A stretch of 63,858 nt of DNA, filler included, from Welwitschia mirabilis (taxonomy: Eukaryota): the NCBI GenBank assembly GCA_051453625.1. It is 5 parts of one record of this genome, joined end to end, with 100 filler letters (N's around TTAATTAATTAA, not from the genome) between each part and the next. Parts side by side here need not be neighbours in the genome. Positions count along the whole stretch, not along the records: positions 27,928 to 45,986 come from JBOZIK010000001.1; positions 46,087 to 53,252 come from JBOZIK010000001.1; 3 more parts are not named here. The stretch is one strand, 5' to 3'. The notes under the pieces are model-generated. The model had not been told where the DNA came from. It was given only the letters and a program-made list of their open reading frames with translations, and ran no database searches. Shown piece by piece: positions 36,512 to 51,117 of the stretch. The position numbers and the translations under genes were made by a program. Numbering within the stretch: position 1 is the first letter of the stretch; the number at the start of each line of letters is the position of its first letter.

Positions 36512-37733
36512 TATTTTAGCATGTATTTGTATAATCTTTTATGTTCAAATAGATCCTATCATTAATAATCAAAATAGATATTTCAGAAAATCCATCATAC
36601 TAGTATAATGAGAGTGACCTAAAATGTTATGTCTCATTAAATTCTATGAGTATGAGACTCAAATTACTTTGCAAATAAATTAGGAATCAAAAATAATAAA
36701 TAGTAATGCAAAAAAATAAAGTACCATGCAAGATGCAAGATGAAATCTAAACTAATATGCAATGCAAAATAATCCTAACCCTACTTTCTTCTAGCCTTAA
36801 TAAAGGCTACCCTTGATAATCTATATCACCCAAGAAATTATCACCAGATCAAGGGTAATATAAACTATAAGGATAATTAGAAAACCTAACATGCAAACAT
36901 AAAATAAAACCAAGATTTATATTAAANNNNNNNNNNNNNNNNNNNNNNNNNNNNNNNNNNNNNNNNNNNNNNNNNNNNNNNNNNNNNNNNNNNNNNNNNN
37001 NNNNNNNNNNNNNNNNNNNNNNNNNNATAATTAGAAAACCTAACATGCAAACATAAAATAAAACCAAGATTTATATTAAAGAGTAATAATATCCGAGTTA
37101 CAAAATAGCTAGGTCTCAATGGAGGATACTTGACCCTCCACCAAGTTCTCATCTTTCTGCAACACTAATGATAGATCTCCCACCCTTCGCTCTCTTATCA
37201 CAAGAATCTTTGGTGCATCGAATGAAATAAGGAGAGTCAAAGGGGGACTTATTTATAGGAAATACAACAAAAAAGAATAGATAGTGGGTGCAGTTAATTA
37301 AACTTATGAATAACTCCGAAACTGACAAAATGGCTAAGGTAATCTATCAATGATAGTTACATGTCAATGTTGTCTGGGTTGTTGTTTGAAGGACTTAGGG
37401 AATGACATTAAATCATAAAATATCTTTGGAGTGATAACTCAGTAGTCCACATCAATATTCATTGTCCTGCTTCTTGTGTAAATGATGGAGGGGATGATGG
37501 TATTCTTTTGTCATTTTCTTCTAGAGGGCTTTAGCATTTTTGTAAGTAATCCTATTTAAAGATCTATTTATTAGAAAGTTTCTTTAATACATCGAATTTG
37601 GATAAGAATCACACTTTTTTGAGATTTCCTCTTGTATCTCCAAAATCATTAGAATTGCACTTAAACTTATATAAAAGTCCTACAAAACAACCTATAAAAT
37701 CCCATCAAATAATCATGAATTGGCAATACAACA
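36512..37733 (-). repeat. 5' LTR
   Basis: Adjacent to the PBS, ends TACAACA before the TSD; aligns with 29617-30593. Confidence 0.9.
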
Positions 37734-39539
37734 ATACTACTCAAAAATAATGGACAAATCCAAGAAAAATAAATAAAATTTTTAAGATAATTAATTAAGA
37801 AATGTTTGATATATCTAATAAGTTTCCAAATATCTAACTCAAGGAAGGGATTTACATCAATAAGATAAGGTTTTACCTAATTTAAGATTCTAAGAAATTC
37901 TAAATCATCTTTTTTAAAAGATAATGTGGGATTAGGAGTAGAAGAAAGGATGGTATTTTAAGCTTTACATGAAAAAATAAGCAGAAATAATAAATGTTGC
38001 AGTGCGTATTTATGCAATGTTATGTCCTTTAGTATAATCTTATCAATCACAAATATAATGCATAAACACAATACAATAATATAAATGGAAGAAAACCTTA
38101 ATGATATAATCCATCAAAGGCTAAGTTAAAAATCAAAGAGTTGCTTTTTACAAGAAAATACTTTGTACTCTAACTACAAAAATAACTTACAATGCATAAA
38201 AAGTAAAATGCAACACACTCATGCAAAGCTAAGCTAAGAAAAGAAAATAACAATGTGCCTAATCTAAACTAATCATGCATAACCTTGACAAAGGTTGCTC
38301 TTATAATCTATATCATTAAAAAAGTTATTACCAGATTAGAAGAAACATAAGCTATGAGGATAAGGAACAAACATGCATTAAAATCAGAAAAGAAGTAGTT
38401 TGTATTAAATCTCCAACCACATTTATGTTATAAAGTAGTTTCACCTTAATGGAGGAAGCACCATCCAACACCAAGAAAAACATCTCTTTACAACTATAAG
38501 GATGGGTACCTAGCCTTTTAATCTTTTGTCATGAAAATTTTTGATTTGAATGAATACAAGTAGGAGTTAAGGGTAAGACTAATATCTATTGACACACAAG
38601 CACATAATAAGATAGTCAAACAAGTGAGGGTAAAATTGTAATGGCTATGCCAAAAGAAATAGATAGATAGCTGATAGAAATTAGATGAGTATTTAGTGTA
38701 GACATTACAATAATGTCATCTAGCTAGTCGTCTAGATAATAAAGAAGATGATGCTACCTCATAATCTACATTAACTACTAGATTAATTACAATTAGCATC
38801 CCTATTGATATTAATTTCTCTATCATCCATATTATCATCTAGATGATGAGGTAGACAATGGCCTTTTACAAATCTTTCATTAATGCATTAGCCTCAATGT
38901 TTTGTAGAAGGTTATCTCAGAAATAGGAAGTATTTAAGAATTGCTCAAAATGCTATAAATCATCATGAAAATTGCATGTTTTCATCTCTTTTATCTTAGC
39001 TTTTCATTATCATAGAAATCAAACATTTATCTTTCTATTAACCTATAAAACTACTCAAGATACCCTATTAAATATGCATAAGTTAGTAGTGTAACATAGT
39101 CCTTCACTTAGCCTTGTTAGTCCCTGATAAAATCAGGTGATAGACTAATGTTTATGAGTTAACTTCTTAAATAATAAAACAACTATAATACTTAAGTAAA
39201 TCATCTTAAAAATAGTTTTAAAAATTATAGAGATACAAATTGGATTATAATGAATTAGAAAAATAAAAAATTTTACCTACTTGAAACTCAACCAGTTGGT
39301 CATCTAAGACATCATCTAAATCATGAAAGAGATAATAGAAAGTTAATAACCTATGACAGAATTTTTATTTTTATAGATAATCAGTAAATATAATAAGATA
39401 GCCTCCCACTAAATTAAATAGTAATGAAATAGAAAGATTGCTAAGTAAAATTAACCCTCATCATAACATTTAAAGATTAAAGATAGTCATGAAAATCAGG
39501 AAAAAATTAGTATATCATGCTAAAAAAAATAATGTACTA

Positions 39540-40880
39540 ATATAAAATTAAAGATTTTTCTATACAAATAAAAGGGGAGATACAAAATAATACAAAATCA
39601 CTCTCCATGGCAACTGGCTCAGGTGCAAGAGGAGAAGAGGGAGGATGCTTAGGATCTATGGGGAAATAAAGGTCTAAAGATGTGGAGATAGATCTAATCA
39701 TCTCATCTCCTTGGATACATACAATCTTAGGAATATTTACTATCACACTCTGATAAATGGAAATGACACACTAGCGTATATCAATGATCTGATCCTTAGA
39801 GTGCTCAACTTTTTTCTCAATAAATAGGATTCTCTACTTTAATGGTTTATATCTCTAATCAAGTACCTATGTCCTATGATCAATATCTTGAATCATCTAA
39901 TCAAGTTTATAGATGCTTCTATTTATGAAACCTCTGATACTCATAGTGATCTTAGTTAGAAGGGTTTGAATCTACTTAAGTAAAGCTCTAACCATAGGTC
40001 TCTATACCTGAGGTCTCTCTACCTCTCCTAGAACATGTATATTCATTTACTATAAATAATGAGCTAAAGCCTATATGTATGATAATAACTACTCACATGT
40101 GGGCTTTTATATTCCAAAATATTAAAAAATTACTAAGAGGAGGCATGGGTAATCAAGTGTCTAAAGTTGTTATACCTAAACTATAGATCTGAGTCTCCTC
40201 TAGTTAAAAGTAGAAAGATTCATTTGCTTCCCCTGTTTAAACACTGCTTAAATATATAGATTTGCTACTATCATATGACTATCATGGAAAGATGGATTGA
40301 TATTCTAAATCAGTCCTCTATGCAAAACCCAACATGTGGGAATCAACTAAGTAATAAGTACCTTCCATTGATTAATAGTAATATATGTTGGAATATCCAA
40401 AATGATACCATATGCTTAGTGCTCATCAGTCCCACTAGCCAAGTGTATATGCATACTTCCAAGCCCACTAAGATATATAATCATTATAATATGGGATGAT
40501 AGCATTACTATCTTATGATCCCATATATATATGATAATCATATCCTATAGATGACCATGAGCATCAGGTCACCTCTCATGTCTCTAAAATATAATATCAC
40601 TTATGCACATCTATAATCCATCCAAGCCATAAATTAGTAAGTTTCTAGTCTACCTCTAGCTTAATACGGCTTATGTAATCTCTACAATATCACTTGACAT
40701 GGATACTAGCTGTTTGTATAATCATAGAACATCTATGTTGAAATGCATGATGTGCTGGCTCTGCACGCTTTATCTCTAGCTTAATTATAAGACCTACCTT
40801 CTGCTCTACTTCTTTGACCTTAGTCTTGACCTATCTAATTCTACATGTATAGGGGCTACTTGATCAAAAACACATGAAAA
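39540..40880 (-). pseudogene. Decayed extra (env-like) ORF between integrase and PPT
   Basis: Minus-strand frame with scattered stops (LIPTCWVLHRGLI*NINPSFHDSH...FKQGKQMNLS), ending in the Pro-rich tail of ORF 39537..39746. Position matches the Athila extra ORF. Confidence 0.5.
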
Positions 40881-42979
40881 CTTCATATGAATGTGTAATA
40901 ATGACTCAAAAACCAATAGACATTATGAAAAATGCTGAGAACATGTCTTATCCCCTCTAAAAAGTTGTAATGCATCCCAAATTGCCTAAATATGAGAATA
41001 GAAATGAGAAATACGTGAAATTATCAAAAGCTATGTTTTTAGTAGGCCCTAGACAAGGTAAAAATTTGAAGTACTCAAATGAAAAATCTAATCTAATAGA
41101 ATTGTAGAACTTATTAAACTAATTAATTTTTCCTAAAGGACTACTATGTTTTAACCTAGATTTGCAAGAAAATAAGTGCAAAAGATGGAACATTTAAAAC
41201 ACCTTGTAAAATACACATTTGCTCATAACTTAAAAAACACATGATGGAATTCAAATCCATAAGTTCCAAATCGAANNNNNNNNNNNNNNNNNNNNNNNNN
41301 NNNNNNNNNNNNNNNNNNNNNNNNNNNNNNNNNNNNNNNNNNNNNNNNNNNNNNNNNNNNNNNNNNNNNNNNNNNATTCAAATCCATAAGTTCCAAATCG
41401 AAGAATGCTAAAAACTAAGAGATATACATGAGAGTTGTATGTCAAAAGGATGAAAATGGAAAGAAAAAAATTTAAAAATAGGAGGAAAGAGTAATATATC
41501 TTATGTTTAAAATTTAGTGAAATCTTGCAAATCTAGACATGAAATTAGGTAGAATGCTTATACAGTCTAGAGGAGTTATTGTCTCTCAAAGGAATGAGTA
41601 AAAATGAAGAATAAATGAGGAAAAAGAAGGAAAAAGTATTTAGGCTATAGTTATACCACATTATCATCTAGTCACATCATCTAGATGATAGCCCTAAGAC
41701 AACTCTCAAAAAAAATAAAACTATCATCCTCCTAGTAACTTCTAACCGATCAAGTAAATAATAGGGCATAAAAAGGTTTTTCAAAAAAAAAAGGTATAAG
41801 CTAGAATATTAGGCTTAAATNNNNNNNNNNNNNNNNNNNNNNNNNNNNNNNNNNNNNNNNNNNNNNNNNNNNNNNNNNNNNNNNNNNNNNNNNNNNNNNN
41901 NNNNNNNNNNNNNNNNNNNNTTTTGAATTCAAATGCTAACTAAAAATGATATGAACATGAAGGAAACTACTAAATGATAAGGTCCTATGTAAGAATGAGA
42001 AAATGCAAAAATGACTTTAAAGTAATAAACTCAAAAACCAAATAAATACATAATGAAAATGGACATAAGGAATAAGAAGAATATTGCTTACCTATCATAA
42101 ATACTATCCTAGCAAACTCTCAAGAAAGATATCATAAAGCTACTTGAATAAAAATGCATGATAAAATGTATAAACTTCATAAAGTTCCATTTGAAAAGGC
42201 AGTGGTTATGGAAATACCAAAATTCAAGTGCTTAGAATAAAGAATGTCAAGTTCAAAGACTACTTAGAAATGAACTTACCTACTCTCACTCCACAAACAT
42301 ACTCGAATCTTCAAAAGTAAAATGACCAAGTTGGAATACTAAGAGTCTAGGAAATAAGAAATACTTCTAATGATACCACGAATATCACTAATCCCATATC
42401 TTTAACATTTATTATAACTTTTTTCATGATGAGGTGAGTGTAAGCACAGTCAGAGGAGTAAGGACTCACAAAGCATGGCCAACTAACACCCCAATAGAGT
42501 TTCTATAACTACCAACACCATTAAATGTTCCTCTTGAAAAAAATTATCTTGGTATGTAGAACATTATGATGATCTTGTATTTTTATTTAAGCACAAAATA
42601 TAATAGATCATGGTTATTATTTTTTTTCTTCTTTTTTTTTGTTTTGAAAAATTCCCACATAATAACATACTCAAAAAGACTAAGGTAAATAAGTGAGATA
42701 AAAGAAAGAAAAGAACACTTCTAAATAGCCAAAGACCTTAACACCATAGAAAAAAACACAAGAAATAAGACATATTCCTTTAAAGTAAAGTCCATAGATG
42801 GGGGAATGTCTTAACATTGGGTGAATCCAATCTTATCACTATAAAAACACCCAAATACAAATACTAGTCATGAAACTTCATAAAGTAATACATAAGTTAA
42901 GTTTAAAAGATGATTAGATAACATCATAACATCAAATAAAGAAGTAAGCTAAAAAAGAACTCAGAAAATGTTAGGGAGA

Positions 42980-45600
42980 AATTCCTCCTCATCGAGGAAA
43001 GCCTCCAAAATAAGTGCTTCTATTACATTCATGGTTGCATTGAAAGATCCTTCATATAGTTTCAACCATTATCTATTAACTTTTTAAATCTCTTTAGTCT
43101 CTAAGTCTAAAATATTAACTAATCCATTAGAATGTACTCTCTCTATAAGGTAAGGACCTAATCATTAAGGGGTCAACTTCTTATTCAAAAAATGTACTTT
43201 AGCATTGTATAAAAGAATAAGTTAACTTGGTTCAAACTTTTTATAAAGTATCTTTTTATCATGTTTGAGATTTATTTAGGCTTTATCGATCAATTAACAA
43301 TGAATAAAAAAACTTGATTTTTCATCAAGGTGGTCTAATTGGACTAATCTATGTTCTATGTTTTCACGAAAAATCTACAAGATTAAGTTGATAAGAAGCA
43401 TAATAATAATTATAACACACATTAATAGGTAAAATACAAACGTTACCGTACACAAGTTTATAAGGTAAAAAACCAAGAGAAGTATGTCAAGTAGTATGAT
43501 AAGCTCAAAGAATATCATTAAGCTTAGAGGCCTAAGATTTCTTATTTATAGAGACAAGTTTTTGTAACATTTTCTTAAATTCTATGTTGGTATTTTTAGC
43601 CTATCCATTGGTCTAAGGATGATAAGCATAAGCTACTCTATGTTTTATACCAATGGACAAAAGAAGTTTCTTAAAAATCAGGTTAATAAAATGAGTATCT
43701 TAATCACTAATGAAAATTATAGGAAAACCAAATCTCTGAAAAAATATGAGTTCTAAGAAAATTATAAAAAGTTTGGGCATTATTCAAATAAGTAGGAATG
43801 GCTTCAACCCATTTAGTCACATAATCCATAGCCATTAAAATATAATGTTTATCAAAATAAGATGGATGAATAGGATCAATGAAATTAATACCCTAATAAT
43901 CAAAAGACTCACACTCAAGAATAGATCTAATTAGCATTCTCTATGAATGAAAAAGAATACCATAACACTAACAAGGATTACACTTTCTAGAAAAATCAAA
44001 AGAATCATAAAAAAGAGTAGGCCAATAAAAACTAGAATGGAGGATTTTCATAGCTATGTTATATCTACTANNNNNNNNNNAGAGTGTCCATTACAAACAC
44101 TACCATGATAAAGATGAAGGATTTTAGATATTTCCCAATCAGGCACATATTTTCTCATAATTTGGTCTTTACATCTATAGTACAAATGTGGCTCTATCCA
44201 CTCATAATCACTTATTTTATGGAGAAATGATTCTTGTTAATTGTAAGTCCAATGTTGTAATGTTTTCATGGTTACAAGGTAGTTAATAATATCTAAATAA
44301 TATGAAGGAGGATTAGAATAAGATACATTAAAAATCTATTCATTAGAAAAAGAATCATCAATGATAGAATCATCAAGAGAAGTAGAAAGACAATACAAAT
44401 GATCAACAACATAATTATACTTCCCTGCTTTATCTCTGATGGTCAAATTAATCTCTTTTATAAGGAGGATTCCTTTAATTAAATGATCACTAGAGTCTTT
44501 TTTAGTGATGAGGTAACGGATAGTAACATGATCAGTGTAAACATTAGTATAAAACCCTAAAATATAATGTCTAAGAGAATCAAGACAAACCATGGTAGCT
44601 AGCATCCTTTTTTCTATAGTGGTATAATTCATTTAAGCTCTAGATAAGGATTTACTATGATAAGATATAACTTTAAAATCATTTTTGTATTTCTGATAAA
44701 TAATCCCATCCATAGTAAATTATTCGCATCGCACATAAGTTCAAAGTTTTTTTCCCACTTTAAGCCTATCGAAAGTAAGTTTACAAGATTCATTCCATTC
44801 AAATTTGGATTCTTTGTATACTAAGAAGGGAAGGGGTTTATTTTAAATAATACCAACTTTTAAAGTATCCATCATAATCTCCTCTTTTAATATATGATGA
44901 CCTAAAACAATTACACTTTCAACAAGAAATAAATTCTTTTCCCAAATCAAGTATAGGCCATAGAAATGCAACGGTCAAGGACTTTCTCTAATTGTTCTAA
45001 AATTTGTTCAAAAATTTTTGCGTAAATAGAGAAGCATCCATAAAAATCTCAATAAAACTCTCAAGCGTATAAGAAAAAGTACACATCATAACATGCTAAA
45101 ACGTACAAGGAGCATTATAAAGTCCGAAAGACATCCGTCAAAAAGCAAAAGTACCAAAAGAAGAAGTAAAATTGATTTTGTCTTAGTCCTCACTAGCAAT
45201 GAAAACCTAGTTCTAATTGCTATAATCATCAAGAAAATAGTAAATTTATGATCCTGAATCCTATCAATTATCTGATCAAGAAAAGGCAAATGACAATGGT
45301 CTTTTTTGATTACTTCATGTAGTTTTCCAAAGTCTATGCACATCCTTCATTTTCCACCTTTCTTAAGAACTACCATCAAGGGGCTAATCCACTCACTATC
45401 AGCTATTGAATAAATGATTTTAGTATCCATTAATTTAATGATTTCATTTTTAACAATTTATTTAAGAATTGTATTAAGTCTATGTTAGGGTTACCTCATA
45501 GGTTTTACGTTCTCTTTAAGGTAGATTTTATGTTAAATAATTAAAGTGGAAATGGATATCAAATCAATATGGGATTAAGTGAATGCATTTAACTTAGATT
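42980..45600 (-). pseudogene. Gypsy pol remnant: RT, RNase H, integrase
   Basis: MCIDFGKLHEVIKKDHCHLPFLDQIIDR (RT), NYTTIEKRMLA...VYTDHVTIRYL...VVDHL (RNase H), MDYVTKWVEAIP (integrase). Confidence 0.92.
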
Positions 45601-45986
45601 TTAGAAGAGATACTAAACTTTATTTTTATTAAGGGATAATATTTTTATTAATGATTAAAAATTTTTTCAAGTCACTGCTCAGGAAAATGTATTTCAGTCT
45701 AATGTCTAAAGGTTTTAGATTTAGATTTAAGTTTAGATTGTTATCTTTTGTAAAACTTTTAGAAAAATAGACATTTATCTTAGACTTTCATCGAGACATC
45801 AGTAGTGGATGATCACACTCAAAATAGAAAACCTTAGTTCTGCTAAAATCTTAGATTTTTACATAGTTGATATACTTAGATTCTCTACTTTCCAAATCAA
45901 AAAATTCAGTTTTTAGTGATCTTTAAAAATACATAAGTTATCTACTTTTGATTGGTTATCAAATAATATTGGTTCATAATGCATGA

Positions 45987-46086
45987 NNNNNNNNNNNNNN
46001 NNNNNNNNNNNNNNNNNNNNNNNNNNNNNNTTAATTAATTAANNNNNNNNNNNNNNNNNNNNNNNNNNNNNNNNNNNNNNNNNNNN
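45987..46086. other. Artificial scaffold linker
   Basis: N run with central TTAATTAATTAA at 46031-46042. Confidence 0.95.
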
Positions 46087-49000
46087 GTTATTTTTCTTTG
46101 ATCTTGATTCACGAGTAATATCATAATTAGGATGCTTAGTTAACTTCTTTAGCTTTAAGTTTAATTTATTTATGTAAATTCCTCTTCATCAGGTAGTTTT
46201 TTAATTTCATAGATCTTGAGTACTTTAGAATTTCTTACTTTTTATTATTATTTAAGACTTAAGTATTAGTTATATTTACCATTTATCATAAAGTAGATGA
46301 GAATTCCTCATGAATTTGACCAAAAGGACTTGATGGTTTTGATTATTTTATAAGAAGAAAAGTAGGCAACATCGAAGTGAAGGACCACTTTAGACAAATT
46401 AGTGGTACCTTGGAGCTAGTTTTCTTTTGTTTTTTTTAAGATAAAGATCAAACTCTAAGAATCATTTATCTCTTCTTCTCTTTTTCTTTTTTTTATATCT
46501 TACATTAATATTACAGTTAGTGCAATTCTAACTAATATCCGATGTTATCCCTAAGGAAAAATAATAACTAAGTTTCTAACTTAGTTTTAAATCTAGACAT
46601 TATACTACAATTATTAGATTTTAATGTTATTGCTAAGGATAATGGCACAGTAGCAACTCAAATGAGTACTAGTTTTTCTTTTTACAAGTTTTTACTTTTC
46701 TANNNNNNNNNNNNNNNNNNNNNNNNNNNNNNNNNNNNNNNNNNNNNNNNNNNNNNNNNNNNNNNNNNNNNNNNNNNNNNNNNNNNNNNNNNNNNNNNNN
46801 NNNNNNNNNNNNNNNNNNNNNNNNNNNNNNNNNNNNNNNNNNNNNNNNNNNNNNNNNNNNNNNNNNNNNNNNNNNNNNNNNNNNNNNNNNNNNNNNNNNN
46901 NNNNNNNNNNNNNNNNNNNNNNNNNNNNNNNNNNNNNNNNNNNNNNNNNNNNNNNNNNNNNNNNNNNNNNNNNNNNNNNNNNNNNNNNNNNNNNNNNNNN
47001 NNNNNNNNNNNNNNNNNNNNNNNNNNNNNNNNNNNNNNNNNNNNNNNNNNNNNNNNNNNNNNNNNNNNNNNNNNNNNNNNNNNNGCTAAGGATAATGGCA
47101 CAGTAGCAACTCAAAGGAGTACTAGTTTTTCTTTTTACAAGTTTTTACTTTTCTAGTGATAGGTACTAGTTCTTATTTCACTGATACTTAAACTAGTCCT
47201 TTTTCTTTTTTCTTTATGTTTCTCTTATTTTTATTTTTAGTGGTTAATACTGGTCCTTTTTAGTATTATCTTGAATTGGTCCCACTTTTTAAAGTTTATT
47301 TTTTATTGTACGTTTAATATTTATTGTGGATTGCTTTAAAGTTAAGAAAACTTTAAAAACCTTAAAAACTTTAATCAAACTTTATAATTGCATTTTTTTA
47401 TTTTTCTTTTTTGCTATGTTTTTGCATTCTAGTACATGCATATAAACATTAAAATTTTCTTAAAAATATTTTATGATTCTTATTATGTTTTACTCATGTT
47501 CATTATCTCTACTTTATTTTGCTACATTCATAAATGATTAAAACCTTTAAAATTTTCTCATAATTTCACTGATTTTATTCACATCTATATTTTATTTCAT
47601 TTCAACCTTGATACTATAAATGTTTTATCTATAATTAAAAAATCTATTTGTAAAATCTTAAAATATCTGTGTCTTCCAATCCCTAAAAATATTTCTTTTT
47701 TATTGTTTGAACCTTTTTGCAACTACTCAAACCTTTTTTTTGCATGACCTAAACTCGTGATACAGTAGAAGGATTAACTTAAAACAACATGGACTTCTTT
47801 AATAATCTTAAAAGAATGATAGAACTTAAAACCCAAAATTGAGATTGAGAGGATTCTCAGGCATAAATCTCAACAACATAAAATAATCAAAGAAATCAAA
47901 TTGCCTTACCACAAAATAATCCAAATAACCCACTTGATCCCTTTTATGAAACCTTATTAAATTAAGAAATGCTCAATAGATTACAAGATTATTACTTCAA
48001 CCATGAAGTGGTCAAATGGCAAGCTTCCCTTACTACTGCCACTAATTAACTAGGAAAACCCTTCATGATTACCTCTAATCATAAAGCTTAGAAACACCCT
48101 CTTGCATAGTGCCATCACATATTAACTAAAGGCTAGAATTTAAACCTTCTACTATCCAACTCTTACCCCATTTCCATGGCCTTAAATTTGAAGATTCTTA
48201 CTTACACCATAAGGAGTTTGAATACATCTTATCAACTATCCCTCAATATCCTAATATACAAGATGCACTTAAACTTATTTTATTATCTTTTTCCCTAAAA
48301 GAAAAGGCAAAATCTAGTTGTAAACCCTCAAATACTTCTCGATCATAAATTAGATATACTTAAGTAAAGCTTTTATCTCTAAGTTCTTTTCTAATCATAA
48401 GACAAACACTCTTAGAAAATAAATCATGAACTTTTAACAAAAGAATCATGAAACCTTCTCCTAGACCTTAGAGAGATATAAAGATTTATTATTAAAATGC
48501 CCCTAACATGGTTTTGAAATAAGTAGGGAGATAAGTTTCTTCTATGATGGTTTATTTACAAATAAATGTTAACTAGTGGAAATGATGAGCCGTGGAAATT
48601 TCTTAAGCATGCCCCTAGATGAGGTTTGGGAGTATTTAGAAAGTATAGCTAAGAGCTCAAAAAATTAGAAGAAACCCATAAAACCTTTAAGATCATATCA
48701 TTCAATTAAGTCAGATAATATCTTTAAGATCCTAGAAAATTTTGAGATGAATAAAAAAATTTATAAACCATTAAAAAATTTAGAATTATTAACTATATCA
48801 CCCTCAACCTTACCTATGATCGCTAAGCCTGATTGTGTAATTTGTCATATTGACACTTATGAACTATTGAATGTTCATCTATTTATTTATTCTAAAGTAT
48901 AGTTAATAAATAAGTGAATGTAGTAGGATAATGACAAAATCCAAAAAACAATCCATACTCAAACACTTACAATAATCTTGATTGGTAAAATCATCCAAAT

Positions 49001-50778
49001 TTCTCTTGGAAGAAAGACAACACCCCACAATAAAATTTCTAACCTAAAAATTTGTTTCCATCATCTTCTAATTCTTATCCTTCATCTTTAAACCATTAAA
49101 CCACTTCATCTAACTCATTGGAGTACTTTCACAAAGTTCATGGAAACACAAATGCAACCAAATCAAAGAAAAAACAAATAAACCAAAGATGTGAATAGAA
49201 TGTAAAACAAATTCAACAAATCAGCAATCATATCCTTCATTAATAAACCAAAGAGAAATAAGGAAATGTGTCATGAGAATCTAACCGAACCCAAAAGGAG
49301 TTAGATTTGCTAAAGGCATAGAACACTTAAAAGAGACTAAGCCTATACACCTTAGGGATAGGAAAGTGCTAGAAAATCCATCCATACAAAATAAGCCTAA
49401 ATAGAAAACAAGAAAAAGAATAAGAAAAAAGACCCATTTCCTATTTATGAAGAGCCATTACCTTTTTCCAATAGCATAGAAAACATAATGAAAAAATAAT
49501 TAGAGGCCCTAAAAATGTTTAAAAAGGTAAAATAAATATTTTCCTTTTAGAACCCATCAAATAGATTCCCTCTTATGCAAAACCTTAAGGACTTATGTAC
49601 CGTAAAAATGTGAATGGATGTTAAATATAAAGCCTTTTTAGCTCAAAAATATTGGATATTTTTGTAAAATAGTTACAACCTCCCCCAATCTTCTCTCTTC
49701 TACCTCCCTCATCCTATTCCCTCTCATATTCTCTCTATTATTATTCCTTACCATTTCCATTTTAGTTATAATAAGAGGGTGTTTAAACCCCTTATTACAT
49801 TGCAAAAAAGTGAGGTTAATTAAAAATCATTCCTTAGATTTTAGACCTATGGTTAGTGGGACCTATCCTTAATTCCTACATTCGTATCAGAGTTGACCCC
49901 ATATTGACTAACTACCATGAATTTGAGTTGGGCCATTCTGCTATTGTATAGGCAGAATTTCCATACTAGTCTTATCTTAGAAACTATAATAGAGATCAGC
50001 AAGTAGAACTTCTTCTCTTCTATCGCAAAAATAAATAAATGAAAGTTGAGTATTAAATTCTTTCACAATAGGTGTTCACAAAATAAGCAGTTATTCTTTA
50101 GTTCTTGAATTTATAAATCACTAAGAAATGTAAATGCCTTAGGGTTTTTATTCAAAGATCTTTGTAAGACCTGATGTCTATATCATCAAGAAATATCACG
50201 TATTCAAAATATATCTATTCTAAGGGCATTCAAAGTGGGTAAGATTCTAAATGAGAAAGATCAAAGCCGTGTTCTATAACCTACAAAATCCTACATAGGA
50301 AAAAGATAGGAAGATGCATGCATATGATGGTTTACCATTTTATTTTTTATTCTTTGAAGAAATGAAAGAGTTCATTGATTTTTATGTTAAGAAATTTCTT
50401 AAAGTTGAATAATTAGTTGAATCCATTTGTATCAAATGATTATCACAGAAGATCCTACAACTCCCCTTTCAAATAGAAGTAAGTGAAAAACTAAATTGTT
50501 TTCATCAACAAATCCTTTTAATTGTTATCCTCTATTAAAAACTACCTTTTTGGATCTTTTGCATTCTATTATGATTGATATCTTGGCATCAATATTCACC
50601 AAATGCGAGCATGAAGTATATATTTCATTGCTATTAGAAGATTGAGCACATGAGTAGCCAAATCAGGCTCTTATTTCCTTCTTAATTCTATACAAATTAT
50701 TAGCAACTATCAGTCATACTCGTTTAAAATCTTTTTATAAAAGCATTCCATTGCTTGCCTTATTGATGTTGTAAAGCC

Positions 50779-50793
50779 ATATATATATATGTA

Positions 50794-50835
<42 letters not shown>
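50779..50835. repeat. (TA)n microsatellite
   Basis: Directly visible. Confidence 0.95.
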
Positions 50836-50840
<5 letters not shown>

Positions 50841-51117
50841 AAGCATTATTTTANNNNNNNNNNNNNNNNNNNNNNNNNNNNNNNNNNNNNNNNNNNNTAG
50901 ATAATACCTTACTTATAACCATTTATAAAGTATTTAAGGGATATCATCCTTATCCTTTGCAATTAGTTAATAAGATTATTTTGTTGAGGATAAGGCTAGA
51001 GGATTAGAAGGTATTTAATTTTTCAAGGATATTGAAGTGGTAAAAATTTTAATTAAAGGGGGGAAATTAACGAGTTTGAGGAAATATAATAAGGATAAAA
51101 TTGGTTTTAAAAAAATC

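Larger units (their letters stand above)
29617..37733 (-). mobile_element. Complete non-autonomous gypsy LTR element (gag plus protease, no RT/RNase H/integrase core) with ATACT target-site duplication
   Basis: LTRs 29617-30593 and 36512-37733. ATACT at 29612-29616 and 37734-37738. PPT at 30594-30606, PBS remnant at ~36490-36507, gag at 34.7-36.0 kb (IIFPMTLKGRAKLWLKTIP), protease at 33.1-34.1 kb. Confidence 0.9.
37995..45987 (-). mobile_element. 3' two-thirds of an Athila-like gypsy element (pol, UTR, extra ORF, PPT, 3' LTR 37995-39096)
   Basis: LTR TGTTGC...GTAACA followed by the PPT complement TAGTCCTTCACTT. Pol remnants at 43.0-45.6 kb. Ends at a scaffold linker. Confidence 0.85.
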
